From: Candidatus Moraniibacteriota bacterium
GTDB taxonomy: Bacteria; Patescibacteriota; Minisyncoccia; Moranbacterales; UBA2206
NCBI GenBank assembly: GCA_003483065.1
Contig: DMWY01000008.1
Location: 2,177-66,176 of the forward strand
DNA length: 64,000 nt
Direction of reading: 5' to 3'
Part shown: positions 29,007-40,999 of the stretch, piece after piece
Numbering within the stretch: the stretch's first letter is position 1
How the letters are laid out: every line of letters begins with the position of its first letter
The notes under the pieces: model-generated
Database searches by the model: none
Told to the model about the DNA's origin: nothing
Seen by the model: the letters and a program-made list of their open reading frames with translations, nothing else
Made by a program: the position numbers and the translations under genes

Positions 29007-29771
29007 ATGCCGAATTTTTTTCAAGTGATAATTTTAGGAATAGTGGAGGGGATAACGGAATTCTTGCCGATTTCGTCGACGGCGCATTTGATTTTGACGG
29101 CGGATATTTTGAAACTAACGCAAACAGAATTTTTGAAAAGTTTTGAAATCATCATTCAATTTGGCGCGATTTTGGCGGTGGTAGTTCTATATTGGAAAAC
29201 GCTTTGGAAAATGGAAGTGATCAAAAAACTCGTGGTCGCTTTTATCCCGACGGGAATTTTGGGATTGGTTTTTTATAAAATAATTAAAACTTATCTTTTA
29301 GGAAGTGTGAGTGTAGTTCTTTGGACAATGTTTTTGGGTGGAATATTTCTGATTATTTTTGAAAAATGGCACACAGAAAAAGAAAGTGCACTAGAAGACA
29401 TTTCCAATATTTCCTATAAACAATGTTTGTATATCGGACTTTTTCAATCAATCGCGATGATTCCCGGGGTTTCGCGTAGCGCCGCCACAATTCTTGGGGG
29501 ACTAGCGCTTGGACTCAAAAGAAAAATAATCGTGGAATTTTCTTTTCTCTTGGCCGTGCCAACAATGCTCGCTGCCACTGGTTTGGATTTGATGAAAAAT
29601 TATAAAAGTTTTTCACTATCTGAAAGTCACCTCTTGGCTGTTGGCTTTTTAGTTTCTTTTGTGATGGCAATTTTGGGAATAAAATTTCTTCTTTCTTATA
29701 TCCAAAAAAGAACATTTACGGCTTTTGGATTCTACCGCATCTTAGTATCGATTTTGTTTTGGTTGAAATGA
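29007..29771 (+). CDS. uppP: Undecaprenyl-diphosphatase (UppP/BacA)
   Basis: N-terminal signature GIVEGITEFLPISSTAHLIL and an 8-TM profile. Confidence 0.85.
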   Translation: MPNFFQVIILGIVEGITEFLPISSTAHLILTADILKLTQTEFLKSFEIIIQFGAILAVVVLYWKTLWKMEVIKKLVVAFIPTGILGLVFYKIIKTYLLGSVSVVLWTMFLGGIFLIIFEKWHTEKESALEDISNISYKQCLYIGLFQSIAMIPGVSRSAATILGGLALGLKRKIIVEFSFLLAVPTMLAATGLDLMKNYKSFSLSESHLLAVGFLVSFVMAILGIKFLLSYIQKRTFTAFGFYRILVSILFWLK

Positions 29772-29830
29772 AAAAGCAGACATCTTAATAAGCCTGTCTG
29801 CTCCTCGTTTTTTTGTGAAACTTCATTTTT

Positions 29831-30828
29831 TTAAAGAAGGCTGGGGTCGATTGCCCTGTTCGCAATGTCCGTCCTATTAAACAGGTTGGTACATCGGATC
29901 CTGCCAACAGCCCGATAGGCGTTATTTTTGGCATTAAGAGTATCAATGCCCAAAGCCGTCACACCCAAGACTCTTCCCCCATCCGTAATCAACTCACCGC
30001 TATCATCAAATTTGGTTCCGGCATGGAAAACGACGGTATTGATATTTTCTGTTCCATAGGTAATTGCGATAGGGAATCCTTTCGCATACTTATCCGGATA
30101 TCCCTTGGACGCCATAACCACGCACACCGCTGGTCGGGGATCCCATTTGATTTTTTGCTGATCAAGCGTTCCGTTAATGGCTGATTCAATGATTTCCATC
30201 AAATCGGTTTCCAACCGCATAACAATGGGTTGGATTTCCGGATCGCCAAACCTGGCATTGAATTCCAGGACGTACGGATCTCCTTTTTTGTCTATCATCA
30301 ACCCGACATAAATGACCCCGGCAGAGAGCATTGATTCTGCTCTTAATGCCTCAATCAACGGATTAATTATCCTTTCTGTGATTTTTTTCTCAACTTCAGT
30401 GGATATGATGGGTGCCGGTGAATAGGCACCCATTCCACCAGTGTTGGGTCCTTCATCCTTATCAAAAACTGCTTTATGATCCTGCGCTGTGGCCATAGGA
30501 AGGACGGAACCATTTTTATCAGTGATATAAATGCAGGACGCCTCTTCGCCAAAAATACAATTCTCCATGACGATTCGACTGGCGGCTTCTTCAAATTTAC
30601 CGCTGTCAATTACACCAAGGAAATCCTCCACTTCTTGACGATTTTTGCAAACCCGCACGCCTTTGCCAGCGGCTAGTCCGTCTACTTTCAGAACAATCGG
30701 GAAATAGTTATCTTCGAATTCATGGAAGTTCATGTTTTTGCGTATTTCGTCTGTACTGTCGAAAATAATAAATGGCGCAGTTGGGATGTCGTATCTTTCC
30801 ATTAATTCCTTGGCAAAGACCTTCGACC

Positions 30829-30844
<16 letters not shown>
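29831..30844 (-). pseudogene. purD: Phosphoribosylamine-glycine ligase (purD) C-terminal fragment (ATP-grasp and C domains), separated from its N-terminal part by an IS insertion
   Basis: AQFEGSKVFAKELM aligns to the PurD segment following the N domain. GGMGAYSPAP and downstream PurD motifs are present. The N-terminal domain is encoded separately at 32083-32496. Confidence 0.8.
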
Positions 30845-32511
<1,667 letters not shown>

Positions 32512-32668
32512 TTATAAAAAAGGGTCCATCTAACGACCCTAAGGTTTTTAAAGGAACAGATTCTCCTTATAAGTAAGGGTATAGGATAGACGCTAAAAGT
32601 CAAGCAATTTTCCCTAGCGGGAAGTTCTTTTTTCTGATATAATAATAGAAGGAAATAAAAACAAAAAA

Positions 32669-33643
32669 ATGGAATTTTGCAAAAACAAACTAAAATTAAA
32701 AATAGAGCTTATAAATGATTTTGATCTTAGAAAACAAGCGAAGGACTTGGGAGTCAAGATTTGGCAAACGCCCAGTTTTCTTTTTATAATTTTCGGAGTT
32801 GCAGCAACAATTATCATGGCTGCCACTTATTTTATTTCGAAAAATTATGAAAATCCGGCCGTCTTGGTAATTTCAGAATGCTTGGTCGTAGTTGTTATCT
32901 TTGTTTTGGAAATGTTAGTGACTAGATTTGTTGAGCAAATGACTAGACTCAACAGAATGAAAAGTGAATTTGTCTCCATTGCTTCACATCAACTCAGAAC
33001 TCCACTTTCTGCAATTAAATGGGAAACAGAATTGATGCTAAAAAAATTCAAGAAAGGCTTGAATAAAAAGCAGGTTAAAAATATAGAAAATATCTATGCG
33101 ATAAATCAACGAATGATTCATTTAGTAAATGATCTTTTAAATGTGGCAAGAATTGATCAAAATCGGTTAATTCTCAAAAAACAAAAATTTGATTTTGTTG
33201 AAATGGTCAAAGAAGTAGTTGCGGAAATTATTCCTAAGGCTAAGCCGAGAAACATCAAAATTGATATAAACGCAAAAAAAGAAGTGCCCTTTGTTTTGGG
33301 GGACGCTGAAAAGATAAGATTGGTTATGGATAATCTTTTGGATAATGCGGTTAAGTATACCAACAGTGGCGGGAAAATAAAGATAAGTATTTTTAAGTCA
33401 GGGAATTTTTTGATTTTTGAAATAAGGGATAATGGCGTGGGCATTCCCGAAGAACAAACGGGTCGTGTTTTTGAAAAATTTTTCCGCTCTGACAATGCTT
33501 CGAAATATCAAACAGATGGCACTGGTCTAGGACTATATATCGCCAAAAATATCGTGGAACAATTAGGGGGGGAAATTTGGTTTCAGTCCATTGAAAATGT
33601 TGGATCGGTTTTTAGTTTTTCTTTACCGATTAGCAGATTGTAA
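32669..33643 (+). CDS. Sensor histidine kinase (TM, HisKA, HATPase_c)
   Basis: H-box FVSIASHQLRTPLSAIKWETE. N-box LLDNAVKYT. G-boxes DNGVGIP and GTGLGLYIAKNIVE. Confidence 0.85.
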   Translation: MEFCKNKLKLKIELINDFDLRKQAKDLGVKIWQTPSFLFIIFGVAATIIMAATYFISKNYENPAVLVISECLVVVVIFVLEMLVTRFVEQMTRLNRMKSEFVSIASHQLRTPLSAIKWETELMLKKFKKGLNKKQVKNIENIYAINQRMIHLVNDLLNVARIDQNRLILKKQKFDFVEMVKEVVAEIIPKAKPRNIKIDINAKKEVPFVLGDAEKIRLVMDNLLDNAVKYTNSGGKIKISIFKSGNFLIFEIRDNGVGIPEEQTGRVFEKFFRSDNASKYQTDGTGLGLYIAKNIVEQLGGEIWFQSIENVGSVFSFSLPISRL

Positions 33644-33649
33644 ATGATA

Positions 33650-33790
33650 GAACTTCCCCATTTCCCTTCGAATCTATTGTTCACTGAAATTACAAAAAAA
33701 TAAAACTAAGATTATAGATAGAAAATATTGATTGTAATCCTGCTATTGTCCTGGCTACATAAATAGATTCTCATTGAAATGCGTAAGTTC
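33650..33790 (+). repeat. MITE-like element copy 3 (141 bp) immediately upstream of the response regulator at 33812
   Basis: GAACTTCCCCATTT ... AAATGCGTAAGTTC. Collinear with and near-identical to copy 1. Confidence 0.6.
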
Positions 33791-33811
33791 TAATAATTAA
33801 TTTTTTAAAAT

Positions 33812-34183
33812 ATGGCTAACAAAAAAATACTCATAATTGAAGATGAAGAGACATTGCAAAGAGCGCTCACGCAATATTTGGAAGAAGAAAATTTTGAAGT
33901 TTTTGGGGCAATGGATGGAGAGAAGGGAGTTGAAATGGTCAAAAAAGAAAAGCCTGACCTGGTTCTTTTGGACATAATTTTGCCAAAAAAAGACGGCTTT
34001 AAGGTGTTAGAAGAGATAAAACAAGATGAAACTACGAAAAATATTCCCGTGATACTTTTGACAAATCTGGAAAGCATAGATGATATTCAAAAAGCTTTCG
34101 ACAAAGGCGCTACGACATATCTAGTTAAATCAGAGTATAAATTGGAAGACGTGGTTAAAAAAATTAATGAAACGCTCAAATAA
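33812..34183 (+). CDS. Single-domain response regulator (CheY-like receiver) adjacent to the type IV pilus genes
   Basis: KILIIEDEE, LVLLDIILPKKDG, IPVILLTN and TYLVK motifs. Its stop overlaps the pilB start. Confidence 0.85.
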   Translation: MANKKILIIEDEETLQRALTQYLEEENFEVFGAMDGEKGVEMVKKEKPDLVLLDIILPKKDGFKVLEEIKQDETTKNIPVILLTNLESIDDIQKAFDKGATTYLVKSEYKLEDVVKKINETLK

Positions 34184-35934
34184 TGCGCATAGAAAATGAA
34201 CAACTTAAGGAATTTATAAAAGATGCTGGAATGGTTGAAGATGGAGAACTGGAAGCATCTTTTAAGGAAGCTCAGGATGGCAAGAAAAAATTGGGTGAAA
34301 TTCTTTTGGCCAAAAAACTCATTGATGAGTTGAAACTCAGAAAACTTTATGCCTATATTTTAGGTGTGCCTTTTGTGGATATTTCCAAGGAAATGATTCC
34401 GCCGGAAATTTTGCAAATAGTTCCTGAACCAATCGCCAAGAAATATAAAATTGTTGCCTTTGAAAAAAATGGCCAAGAGCTGAAAGTGGCCATGATCAAT
34501 CCAGAAGATATGCAGACGATTGATTTTATCCGAAAAAAAACTGGGCTTAAAATTGTTTCTTGTCTCACAACTGAAGAAAGTATCGAAGCAGTCTTGAAAC
34601 AATATAGTCAAAGTTTGAAAGCAGAGTTCGGGGATATTATTGATAAGAATGCTTCAATGATATCGGAGGAAAAAGGAGAAGAAGATGATTTGGAAAAAAT
34701 TGCTCAAGGACTGCCGATTATCCGGATTGTAGATACTTTGATCAAACATGCAATTTTGCAAGAAGCTAGTGATATCCACATTGAACCGGATGAAAAAGAA
34801 GTGCGCATTAGATATCGAATTGACGGAATTTTGCATGAGGCGATGACATTGCCCAAGCAAGTTAGAGACGGAATTATTGCTAGGATAAAAGTCTTGTCTA
34901 ATCTGAAATTAGATGAACATCGCGTTCCGCAGGACGGCCGATTTAAAATGGAAAAAGATGGAGCCAAAATTTCTTTCCGGGTAAGTATCTTGCCAATTTT
35001 TGACGGAGAAAAAATTGTGATGCGACTTCTCAATGAAACATCCAAAGGATTGACGCTAGAAGCGATGGGTCTGATGGGACAAGCTTTGGAAGTTATTCAC
35101 AAAGAAATCAAGCGTCCTAATGGAATGATTTTAGTGACGGGGCCAACTGGATCCGGAAAAACCACTACGCTGTATACGATCATGGATATTCTAAATACTC
35201 CTGAAGTAAATATCAGCACCGTGGAAGATCCAGTGGAATACCGTATGATACGGATAAACCAAACGCAAATCCATCCTAAGGTTGGTCTTACTTTTGCGGC
35301 GGGACTGCGCTCGCTTTTGCGTCAAGATCCGGATATTATAATGGTAGGGGAAATTAGAGATAAGGAAACGATGGAAATGGCAGTGCAAGCTGCGATGACA
35401 GGGCATCTTGTTCTTTCAACTTTGCATACTAACAGTGCCGCGGGAACTTTGCCACGACTTATTGATATGGGAGCCGAACCGTTTTTGGTGGCATCCACCG
35501 CTAATGTGATCATCGCACAAAGACTTATCCGAAAATTATGCAATGAATGTAAGGAAGAATATATCCTAGAAAAAAAAGAATTAGAAACTTTGAGGAGTAA
35601 TTATGAGATGGATAGCATCTTGGAAGTTTTGAAAAAAAATGCAGCCACTAAGGATAAGATAAACTCTGAAGATAAATGGGAGAATATAAAATTCTATAAG
35701 CCTAAGGGTTGCAGTCAATGCGGCAAGGAAGGTTATCATGGACGGAACGGCATCTTTGAAGTTTTGGAAATAGATGAAGAAATCAGAAAAATGATTTCGC
35801 AGAATTCACCAGCGGAAGAGTTGGAGAGAAAGGCCAAAGAAAAAGGTATGCTCTCGATGATTGAAGATGGTTTCTCCAAAGCCATTTTGGGCATAACTTC
35901 AATTGAAGAAATATTGAGGGTAACAAAGGAATAG
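34183..35934 (+). CDS. pilB: Type IV pilus assembly ATPase PilB (GspE family)
   Basis: T2SSE N-domain. Walker A GPTGSGKTTT. Asp/His boxes. Tetracysteine C-terminal motif CNEC...CSQCG. Confidence 0.9.
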   Translation: MRIENEQLKEFIKDAGMVEDGELEASFKEAQDGKKKLGEILLAKKLIDELKLRKLYAYILGVPFVDISKEMIPPEILQIVPEPIAKKYKIVAFEKNGQELKVAMINPEDMQTIDFIRKKTGLKIVSCLTTEESIEAVLKQYSQSLKAEFGDIIDKNASMISEEKGEEDDLEKIAQGLPIIRIVDTLIKHAILQEASDIHIEPDEKEVRIRYRIDGILHEAMTLPKQVRDGIIARIKVLSNLKLDEHRVPQDGRFKMEKDGAKISFRVSILPIFDGEKIVMRLLNETSKGLTLEAMGLMGQALEVIHKEIKRPNGMILVTGPTGSGKTTTLYTIMDILNTPEVNISTVEDPVEYRMIRINQTQIHPKVGLTFAAGLRSLLRQDPDIIMVGEIRDKETMEMAVQAAMTGHLVLSTLHTNSAAGTLPRLIDMGAEPFLVASTANVIIAQRLIRKLCNECKEEYILEKKELETLRSNYEMDSILEVLKKNAATKDKINSEDKWENIKFYKPKGCSQCGKEGYHGRNGIFEVLEIDEEIRKMISQNSPAEELERKAKEKGMLSMIEDGFSKAILGITSIEEILRVTKE

Positions 35935-36092
35935 GAATGTCCCGCACAAAATTCCAAAAAAGATTCAGATAATTTAAAGTTTTATGTGCGTGGCTCGCCT
36001 GACGGCTAGTTTAGAAATAATTTAAAATTTTTAGAGTGAATTTTTACGGGATGCTCATTTTTGTAGCTTCTCGCTATCATTCAAAGACAAAA

Positions 36093-37316
36093 ATGGCAAA
36101 AATATTTTACAGTGCAAAAAATTATAATGGCGAAACAAAGCAGGGAGAGTTGGATGTGAAAAATGAACGAGAATTAGCCACGGAGCTTAGAGCGGATGGA
36201 TTTATTTTGACTTCTTTCAAAGAAATTATAGTCAGCGAAAGAGAAAAAGCCCAAGTTAATTTTTTGAATCGTTTTATCCGAATTTCCCTTACGGACAAAT
36301 TGATGTTTGCTAGAAATTTGAGTGTGATGATTGCTTCAGGCCTTCCTCTTTCTCGAGCGATAAAAAACATTTCTCTGCAAACTGAAAAAAAGAAATTTGC
36401 TCAAATTCTAATGGAGATTTATGAAGAAATTCAAGCCGGAAATGCTTTCGCGGATGCGCTGGCAAAATACCCTGGAATTTTTGACGACCTATTTGTGAAT
36501 ATGATTAGAGTGGGGGAAGTCAGTGGAAACTTGGAAGAAGTTTTGAATATCTTAGCGCTTCAATTGGAAAAAGAACATGAGTTGATGAGCAAAGTCAAAG
36601 GCGCTCTGACATATCCGGCCGTTATTTTGGTGGTGATGATTGGAATTGGAATTGTGATGCTCACTTATGTTTTGCCAAAATTGATGGGTGTTTTTAGGGA
36701 TATGGATGTGGTGCTCCCAGCTTCTACTAGATTTATTATCGCGCTTAGCGATATTTTCCAGAAACATGGAATCTTAGTGGCTCTGTTTTTTATTTCTATC
36801 ATTGTATTTTTGAGATTTTTTATGATGATGGAAGCTGGCAAAAAAACACTAGGATTTTTATTGATTAATATGCCGGCAATTAAAAATATTGTGATCAAAG
36901 TGAATTGTTCTCGTTTTGCCAGAATTTATAGCTCACTTTTGAAAAGTGGAGTTTCTTCGGTGGAGTCATTGAAAATTCTTTCTGAAACACTCACAAATTA
37001 TTACTATCAAAATGCCATGAAGGATTGCGTAGTTAAGATTCAGAAAGGTATTGCGCTAAGCGCAATTGTCAGCAAATATCCAAAAATATTCCCAGTGTTG
37101 GTTTGTCAAATGATTCAAGTGGGCGAAGAGACTGGAAAAACTGAAACGGTACTTTTGAAACTAGCTGAATTCTATGAAGATGAAGTATCACAAATTACAA
37201 AAAATATGTCATCTATCATCGAACCAATTCTAATGGTTTTTATCGGTGCGGCAGTGGGATTTTTTGCAATCTCGATGCTCCAGCCGATGTATTCGATAAT
37301 GGACAACATAAAGTAA
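36093..37316 (+). CDS. pilC: Type IV pilus platform protein PilC (GspF family)
   Basis: Two T2SSF repeats and three TM segments. The start at MAKIFYSAKNY (36093) fits the family N-terminus better than the upstream GTG at 36036. Confidence 0.85.
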   Translation: MAKIFYSAKNYNGETKQGELDVKNERELATELRADGFILTSFKEIIVSEREKAQVNFLNRFIRISLTDKLMFARNLSVMIASGLPLSRAIKNISLQTEKKKFAQILMEIYEEIQAGNAFADALAKYPGIFDDLFVNMIRVGEVSGNLEEVLNILALQLEKEHELMSKVKGALTYPAVILVVMIGIGIVMLTYVLPKLMGVFRDMDVVLPASTRFIIALSDIFQKHGILVALFFISIIVFLRFFMMMEAGKKTLGFLLINMPAIKNIVIKVNCSRFARIYSSLLKSGVSSVESLKILSETLTNYYYQNAMKDCVVKIQKGIALSAIVSKYPKIFPVLVCQMIQVGEETGKTETVLLKLAEFYEDEVSQITKNMSSIIEPILMVFIGAAVGFFAISMLQPMYSIMDNIK

Positions 37317-37328
37317 TTCGTAAAGAAT

Positions 37329-38693
37329 ATGAAAAAAACAAAAAACAATTTAGGCTTTACGCTCATCGAAGCGTTGGTTTTGTTGTTTATTTTTTCTTTG
37401 ATAACCATTACTTTCTATCAAGTCATCAGCGTCGGAACAAGATATATTATTTTTTCCAAAAATCGTTTAGGGGCAATTGCTTTGGCTAATGAAAAAATGG
37501 AAACTGCTAGAAATCTGAAATATGATGATGTGGGAATTCAAAATGGTGCTTGTATGGGAAACATACCGCAAGACGAGGATGTGGCAGAAAATGGCAGAAG
37601 CTATCACGTGCATACCTTAGCTGCTTATATAGACGATCCATTTGATGGAACTTTGGGTGGTAGTCCTAATGATACGGCTTATAAGGATTATAAAATAGTA
37701 AAAATTACTGTTTCTTGGGGTGGTAGCGGTATTGATGCTGGGAGTATATTTTTGCTTTCTCGTTTTGTCCCACCAGGACTCGAGGCAGCGACTTCGGGCG
37801 ATGGAATATTATCGATAAATATTTTCAGCGATCAAGCTGGAGGTGCAGGGGTTTCAGGAGCGACAGTTAAAATTACTAATTCTGATTTAGGTTTTAGTGA
37901 AACTCGACAAACAGATAGCATGGGTAATGTGATGATAGTTGGTGCAAAAGAATCAATTCAAAAATATGAAATAGAAGTTTCCAAATCAGGGTATGAAACA
38001 GTGGAAACTTATCCTGTTTATCCAGATAGTACTTATAATCCAGTCGATACCCATGCTTCAGTCGTCGCCGGATCAATGAATGTCACTAATATTGCCCTAA
38101 ATAAAACGGTGGATTTGAAAATAATTACTCAAAATTATTTTGGTAGCGCTATTTCTGATATTAATTTTGTCTTGGAAGGCGGAAGAAAACTTGGAACAGA
38201 AGTGGCTAATCCATATACGCCCGTCTATGCGATAGATGAAACTAGTCAAACCAATTCTTCTGGAGAAAAAGAATATAATTCAATTAGTCCTGGGCAATAT
38301 ACTTTTGAATTTACTAATCCAATAGCGGATTATGTGCAAATCGGAACAGATCCAGCGCCTCCGCTCGTACTTTCTTCGGAAAATAATTTAGATTTCAAGG
38401 TGGTATTGGCTTCGAAAAATGTGACATCAATTCTGGTAAAAATAAATGCAACAGGGAGTACCAACCCATTTGCTGGCGCGACAGTTGAGTTGAGTAATAC
38501 TACGGGATATAACGAAAATACAATAACAGATGGAAACGGGACAGCTTTTTTTCCAAAGACGGAAAGTGTACCACTGGAAGAGGGTGCATACAATTTGAAA
38601 GTTACAGCCGAGGGCTATCAAGAAATTTCTAAAGAGATCAATATAGACGAGAATAATCTTAGCTTGGAATCAATTGAATTGGTGGCTAATTAA
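37329..38693 (+). CDS. Large pilin-like protein with prepilin N-terminal methylation motif and C-terminal Ig-like/carboxypeptidase-regulatory-like repeats
   Basis: Class III signal GFTLIEALVLLFIFSLITITF. Repeated beta-sandwich-like units (SGATVKITNSD...; AGATVELSNTTGY...). Confidence 0.7.
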   Translation: MKKTKNNLGFTLIEALVLLFIFSLITITFYQVISVGTRYIIFSKNRLGAIALANEKMETARNLKYDDVGIQNGACMGNIPQDEDVAENGRSYHVHTLAAYIDDPFDGTLGGSPNDTAYKDYKIVKITVSWGGSGIDAGSIFLLSRFVPPGLEAATSGDGILSINIFSDQAGGAGVSGATVKITNSDLGFSETRQTDSMGNVMIVGAKESIQKYEIEVSKSGYETVETYPVYPDSTYNPVDTHASVVAGSMNVTNIALNKTVDLKIITQNYFGSAISDINFVLEGGRKLGTEVANPYTPVYAIDETSQTNSSGEKEYNSISPGQYTFEFTNPIADYVQIGTDPAPPLVLSSENNLDFKVVLASKNVTSILVKINATGSTNPFAGATVELSNTTGYNENTITDGNGTAFFPKTESVPLEEGAYNLKVTAEGYQEISKEINIDENNLSLESIELVAN

Positions 38694-38704
38694 TTTGCGA
38701 TTAA

Positions 38705-39349
38705 ATGAAAAAAAATATACGAAAAAAAATGAATGGACTCACGCTAATCGAAATGATGATGTCAATCACTATTTTTTCTATGGGCATTGCTGGTTTTACT
38801 ATGTTATTTTCCAAAACTTGGAAAACTAATTCCTATGTTCTAGAAATGGGTCAATCTTCAATGAATGCCTCACAAGGAGTGAATAAAATTGTAGATTATA
38901 TCAGAAGAGTCAAGCAAGCTGATGATGGAGCTTATCCAGTGAAATCAGCTGATAGCAATGACTTGGTACTTTTTTCTGATTATGATAAGGATGGCGCTAC
39001 AGAAAGATTGCATTTTTATAAATCCGGTTCGAATATTCTAATGGGAGTTACTAATCCAACAACTACATTACCAAAAACTTATCCGACCAATGATCAAGAA
39101 ATAATCACCTTAGTTTCCAATGTCGTCAATGAGATAGACGAACCAATTTTTTATTATTACAACAAAGATTATCCGGGGGATACAACCAATAATCCACTGA
39201 CTATGCCAGTGACGAATCATCTAGCAGATATTCGTCTTATGAAAATATTTTTACAAGTAAATACGAATCCAAATAAATTTCCAAGTAATATAAAAATACA
39301 ATCATTTGTGGAAATGAGGAATTTGAATGATTATGATCGGGTACAATAA
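38705..39349 (+). CDS. Pilin-like protein (prepilin-type N-terminal cleavage/methylation domain)
   Basis: GLTLIEMMMSITIFSMGIAGF class III signal. Confidence 0.7.
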   Translation: MKKNIRKKMNGLTLIEMMMSITIFSMGIAGFTMLFSKTWKTNSYVLEMGQSSMNASQGVNKIVDYIRRVKQADDGAYPVKSADSNDLVLFSDYDKDGATERLHFYKSGSNILMGVTNPTTTLPKTYPTNDQEIITLVSNVVNEIDEPIFYYYNKDYPGDTTNNPLTMPVTNHLADIRLMKIFLQVNTNPNKFPSNIKIQSFVEMRNLNDYDRVQ

Positions 39350-39388
39350 AAAAGTAGAAAGTATTAAGTATAGAGTAGAAAGCTAAAT

Positions 39389-40966
39389 ATGGAAATAAAA
39401 AATAAAAAACTAAAAGCTTCGGCTTTGGCTTATGCGCTTATAATCATGGCAATCGTGATGATTATTTTGACTTCAATGCTTGGCTACATCACTAGTCAAA
39501 TTAAGTTTAGTGCTAACAGGGCCCAAAAAGAAGAAGCTTTTCAAATCGCTGAAGCGGGAATATATTTTTATCGTTGGTACCTTGCTCATCAAACAGCTGG
39601 AAAAACTGCACGGGAAGTGGATGATTTTTGGCAGGGTAGTAGTCCCTTGGGTGTTGATTCCCCCTATCAAAAAACTTTTAGTGATCCCGAAGGTGGAGTG
39701 ATTGGATCATATTCCATTGAAGCGGAGCGCCCAATGTCTGGTTCAACTATTGTAGTGGTTAAATCAACTGGATGGACAAATAAGGAGCCAAATCTTAAAA
39801 GAACAGTGCGAGTGAGATTCCGTCGTCCCTCTTGGAGTGAGTACGCAGTATTAGCTAATGATTTTATGCGTTTTGGTCAAGGCACGGAAGTTTTTGGTAA
39901 GATTCATTCTAATAAAGGAATTCGTTTTGACGGACTGGCTCATAATATCGTTTCAAGTCTGATGACGACATTTGATGACCCCGATCATAGTGGGGGCAAT
40001 GAATTTGGAGTACATACTCATGTGAATACTCCACCAACTACAGGAGTGAATAATAATTATCGACCACTTGAAGCACCTCCCAATCCAGTTCAAACTCGAA
40101 GTGATGTTTTTGCAATTGGTCGGGAATTTCCAGTGTCAGAAGTTAGTTTCGCTGGAGTTTCTTCAGACTTAGCTTTTATGAGAACTCAAGCACAAAGTGG
40201 CAGTGGGAGATATTTTAACAATTCTGGTTGTGGGAGAACAATAAGCTTAACTAATGGAACATTCAATATTTGCACGGTGAATTCTTATAACTCTGATTCT
40301 TATTCTATATCTGATTATCAAGGGATAGTTACTGGAGCGACAGGAGGTTATAGTGGAAGTAATGGTACAAGTTGCACAACCTCCGCCTGTTGTTTATATA
40401 GTGATTGTGGATGGATTAGTTCAAGTCGTCATAGTAGGGGTAAGTGTGTGAGTATGGCTAATTATGATATTCCTAATAATGGGATTATTTTTGTGGATGA
40501 TAATGCTTGGGTGGAGGGAACAATTAATGATAAAAAAGTTACCATAGTAGCAACGTATAATTCAGTTATTGGGGATAATTCTTGCAGTACTAATACTTCT
40601 CGTGATATCTATATCGGTATGAATAATTTACTTTATACTAATTTTGATGGTCGAGATGTGATTGGGCTTATTGCTCAAAATAATATTAGTGTAGTTGCCA
40701 ATAGCTTAAATAACCTAACAATTGACGGTGCACTTTTAGCCCAATCAGGTAGGGTGGGAAGAAATCACTACAGTTCTTCTTATGACAAAAGCACCATTAC
40801 AGTCAATGGTTCAATGGCCACTAATATTCGTTATGGCTTTGCTTATACTGATGGAACAGGTTATGATAATCGAATTTTAAATTTTGATAATAATTTGCTC
40901 TATTATCCACCACCATATTTTCCCACAGGTTCGCAATACTCAATTGATTTATGGGAAGAAATATAA
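39389..40966 (+). CDS. Pilus-associated protein with PilX-like hydrophobic N-terminus and Cys-rich C-terminal domain
   Basis: N-terminus KLKASALAYALIIMAIVMIILTSMLGYI (PilX_N-like). C-terminal region rich in Cys/Ser/Gly/Asn. Sits between pilin genes and pilM. Confidence 0.4.
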   Translation: MEIKNKKLKASALAYALIIMAIVMIILTSMLGYITSQIKFSANRAQKEEAFQIAEAGIYFYRWYLAHQTAGKTAREVDDFWQGSSPLGVDSPYQKTFSDPEGGVIGSYSIEAERPMSGSTIVVVKSTGWTNKEPNLKRTVRVRFRRPSWSEYAVLANDFMRFGQGTEVFGKIHSNKGIRFDGLAHNIVSSLMTTFDDPDHSGGNEFGVHTHVNTPPTTGVNNNYRPLEAPPNPVQTRSDVFAIGREFPVSEVSFAGVSSDLAFMRTQAQSGSGRYFNNSGCGRTISLTNGTFNICTVNSYNSDSYSISDYQGIVTGATGGYSGSNGTSCTTSACCLYSDCGWISSSRHSRGKCVSMANYDIPNNGIIFVDDNAWVEGTINDKKVTIVATYNSVIGDNSCSTNTSRDIYIGMNNLLYTNFDGRDVIGLIAQNNISVVANSLNNLTIDGALLAQSGRVGRNHYSSSYDKSTITVNGSMATNIRYGFAYTDGTGYDNRILNFDNNLLYYPPPYFPTGSQYSIDLWEEI

Positions 40967-40999
40967 TAGAATAGAAGATGTAAAACAAAACAAAAAATT

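Noticed and set aside
36036-36092. Upstream GTG start for pilC given in the ORF track
   Set aside because: The family-typical N-terminus (MAKIFYSAKNYNGETKQGELD...) begins at the ATG at 36093, and the extra 19 aa have no counterpart in PilC/GspF proteins.
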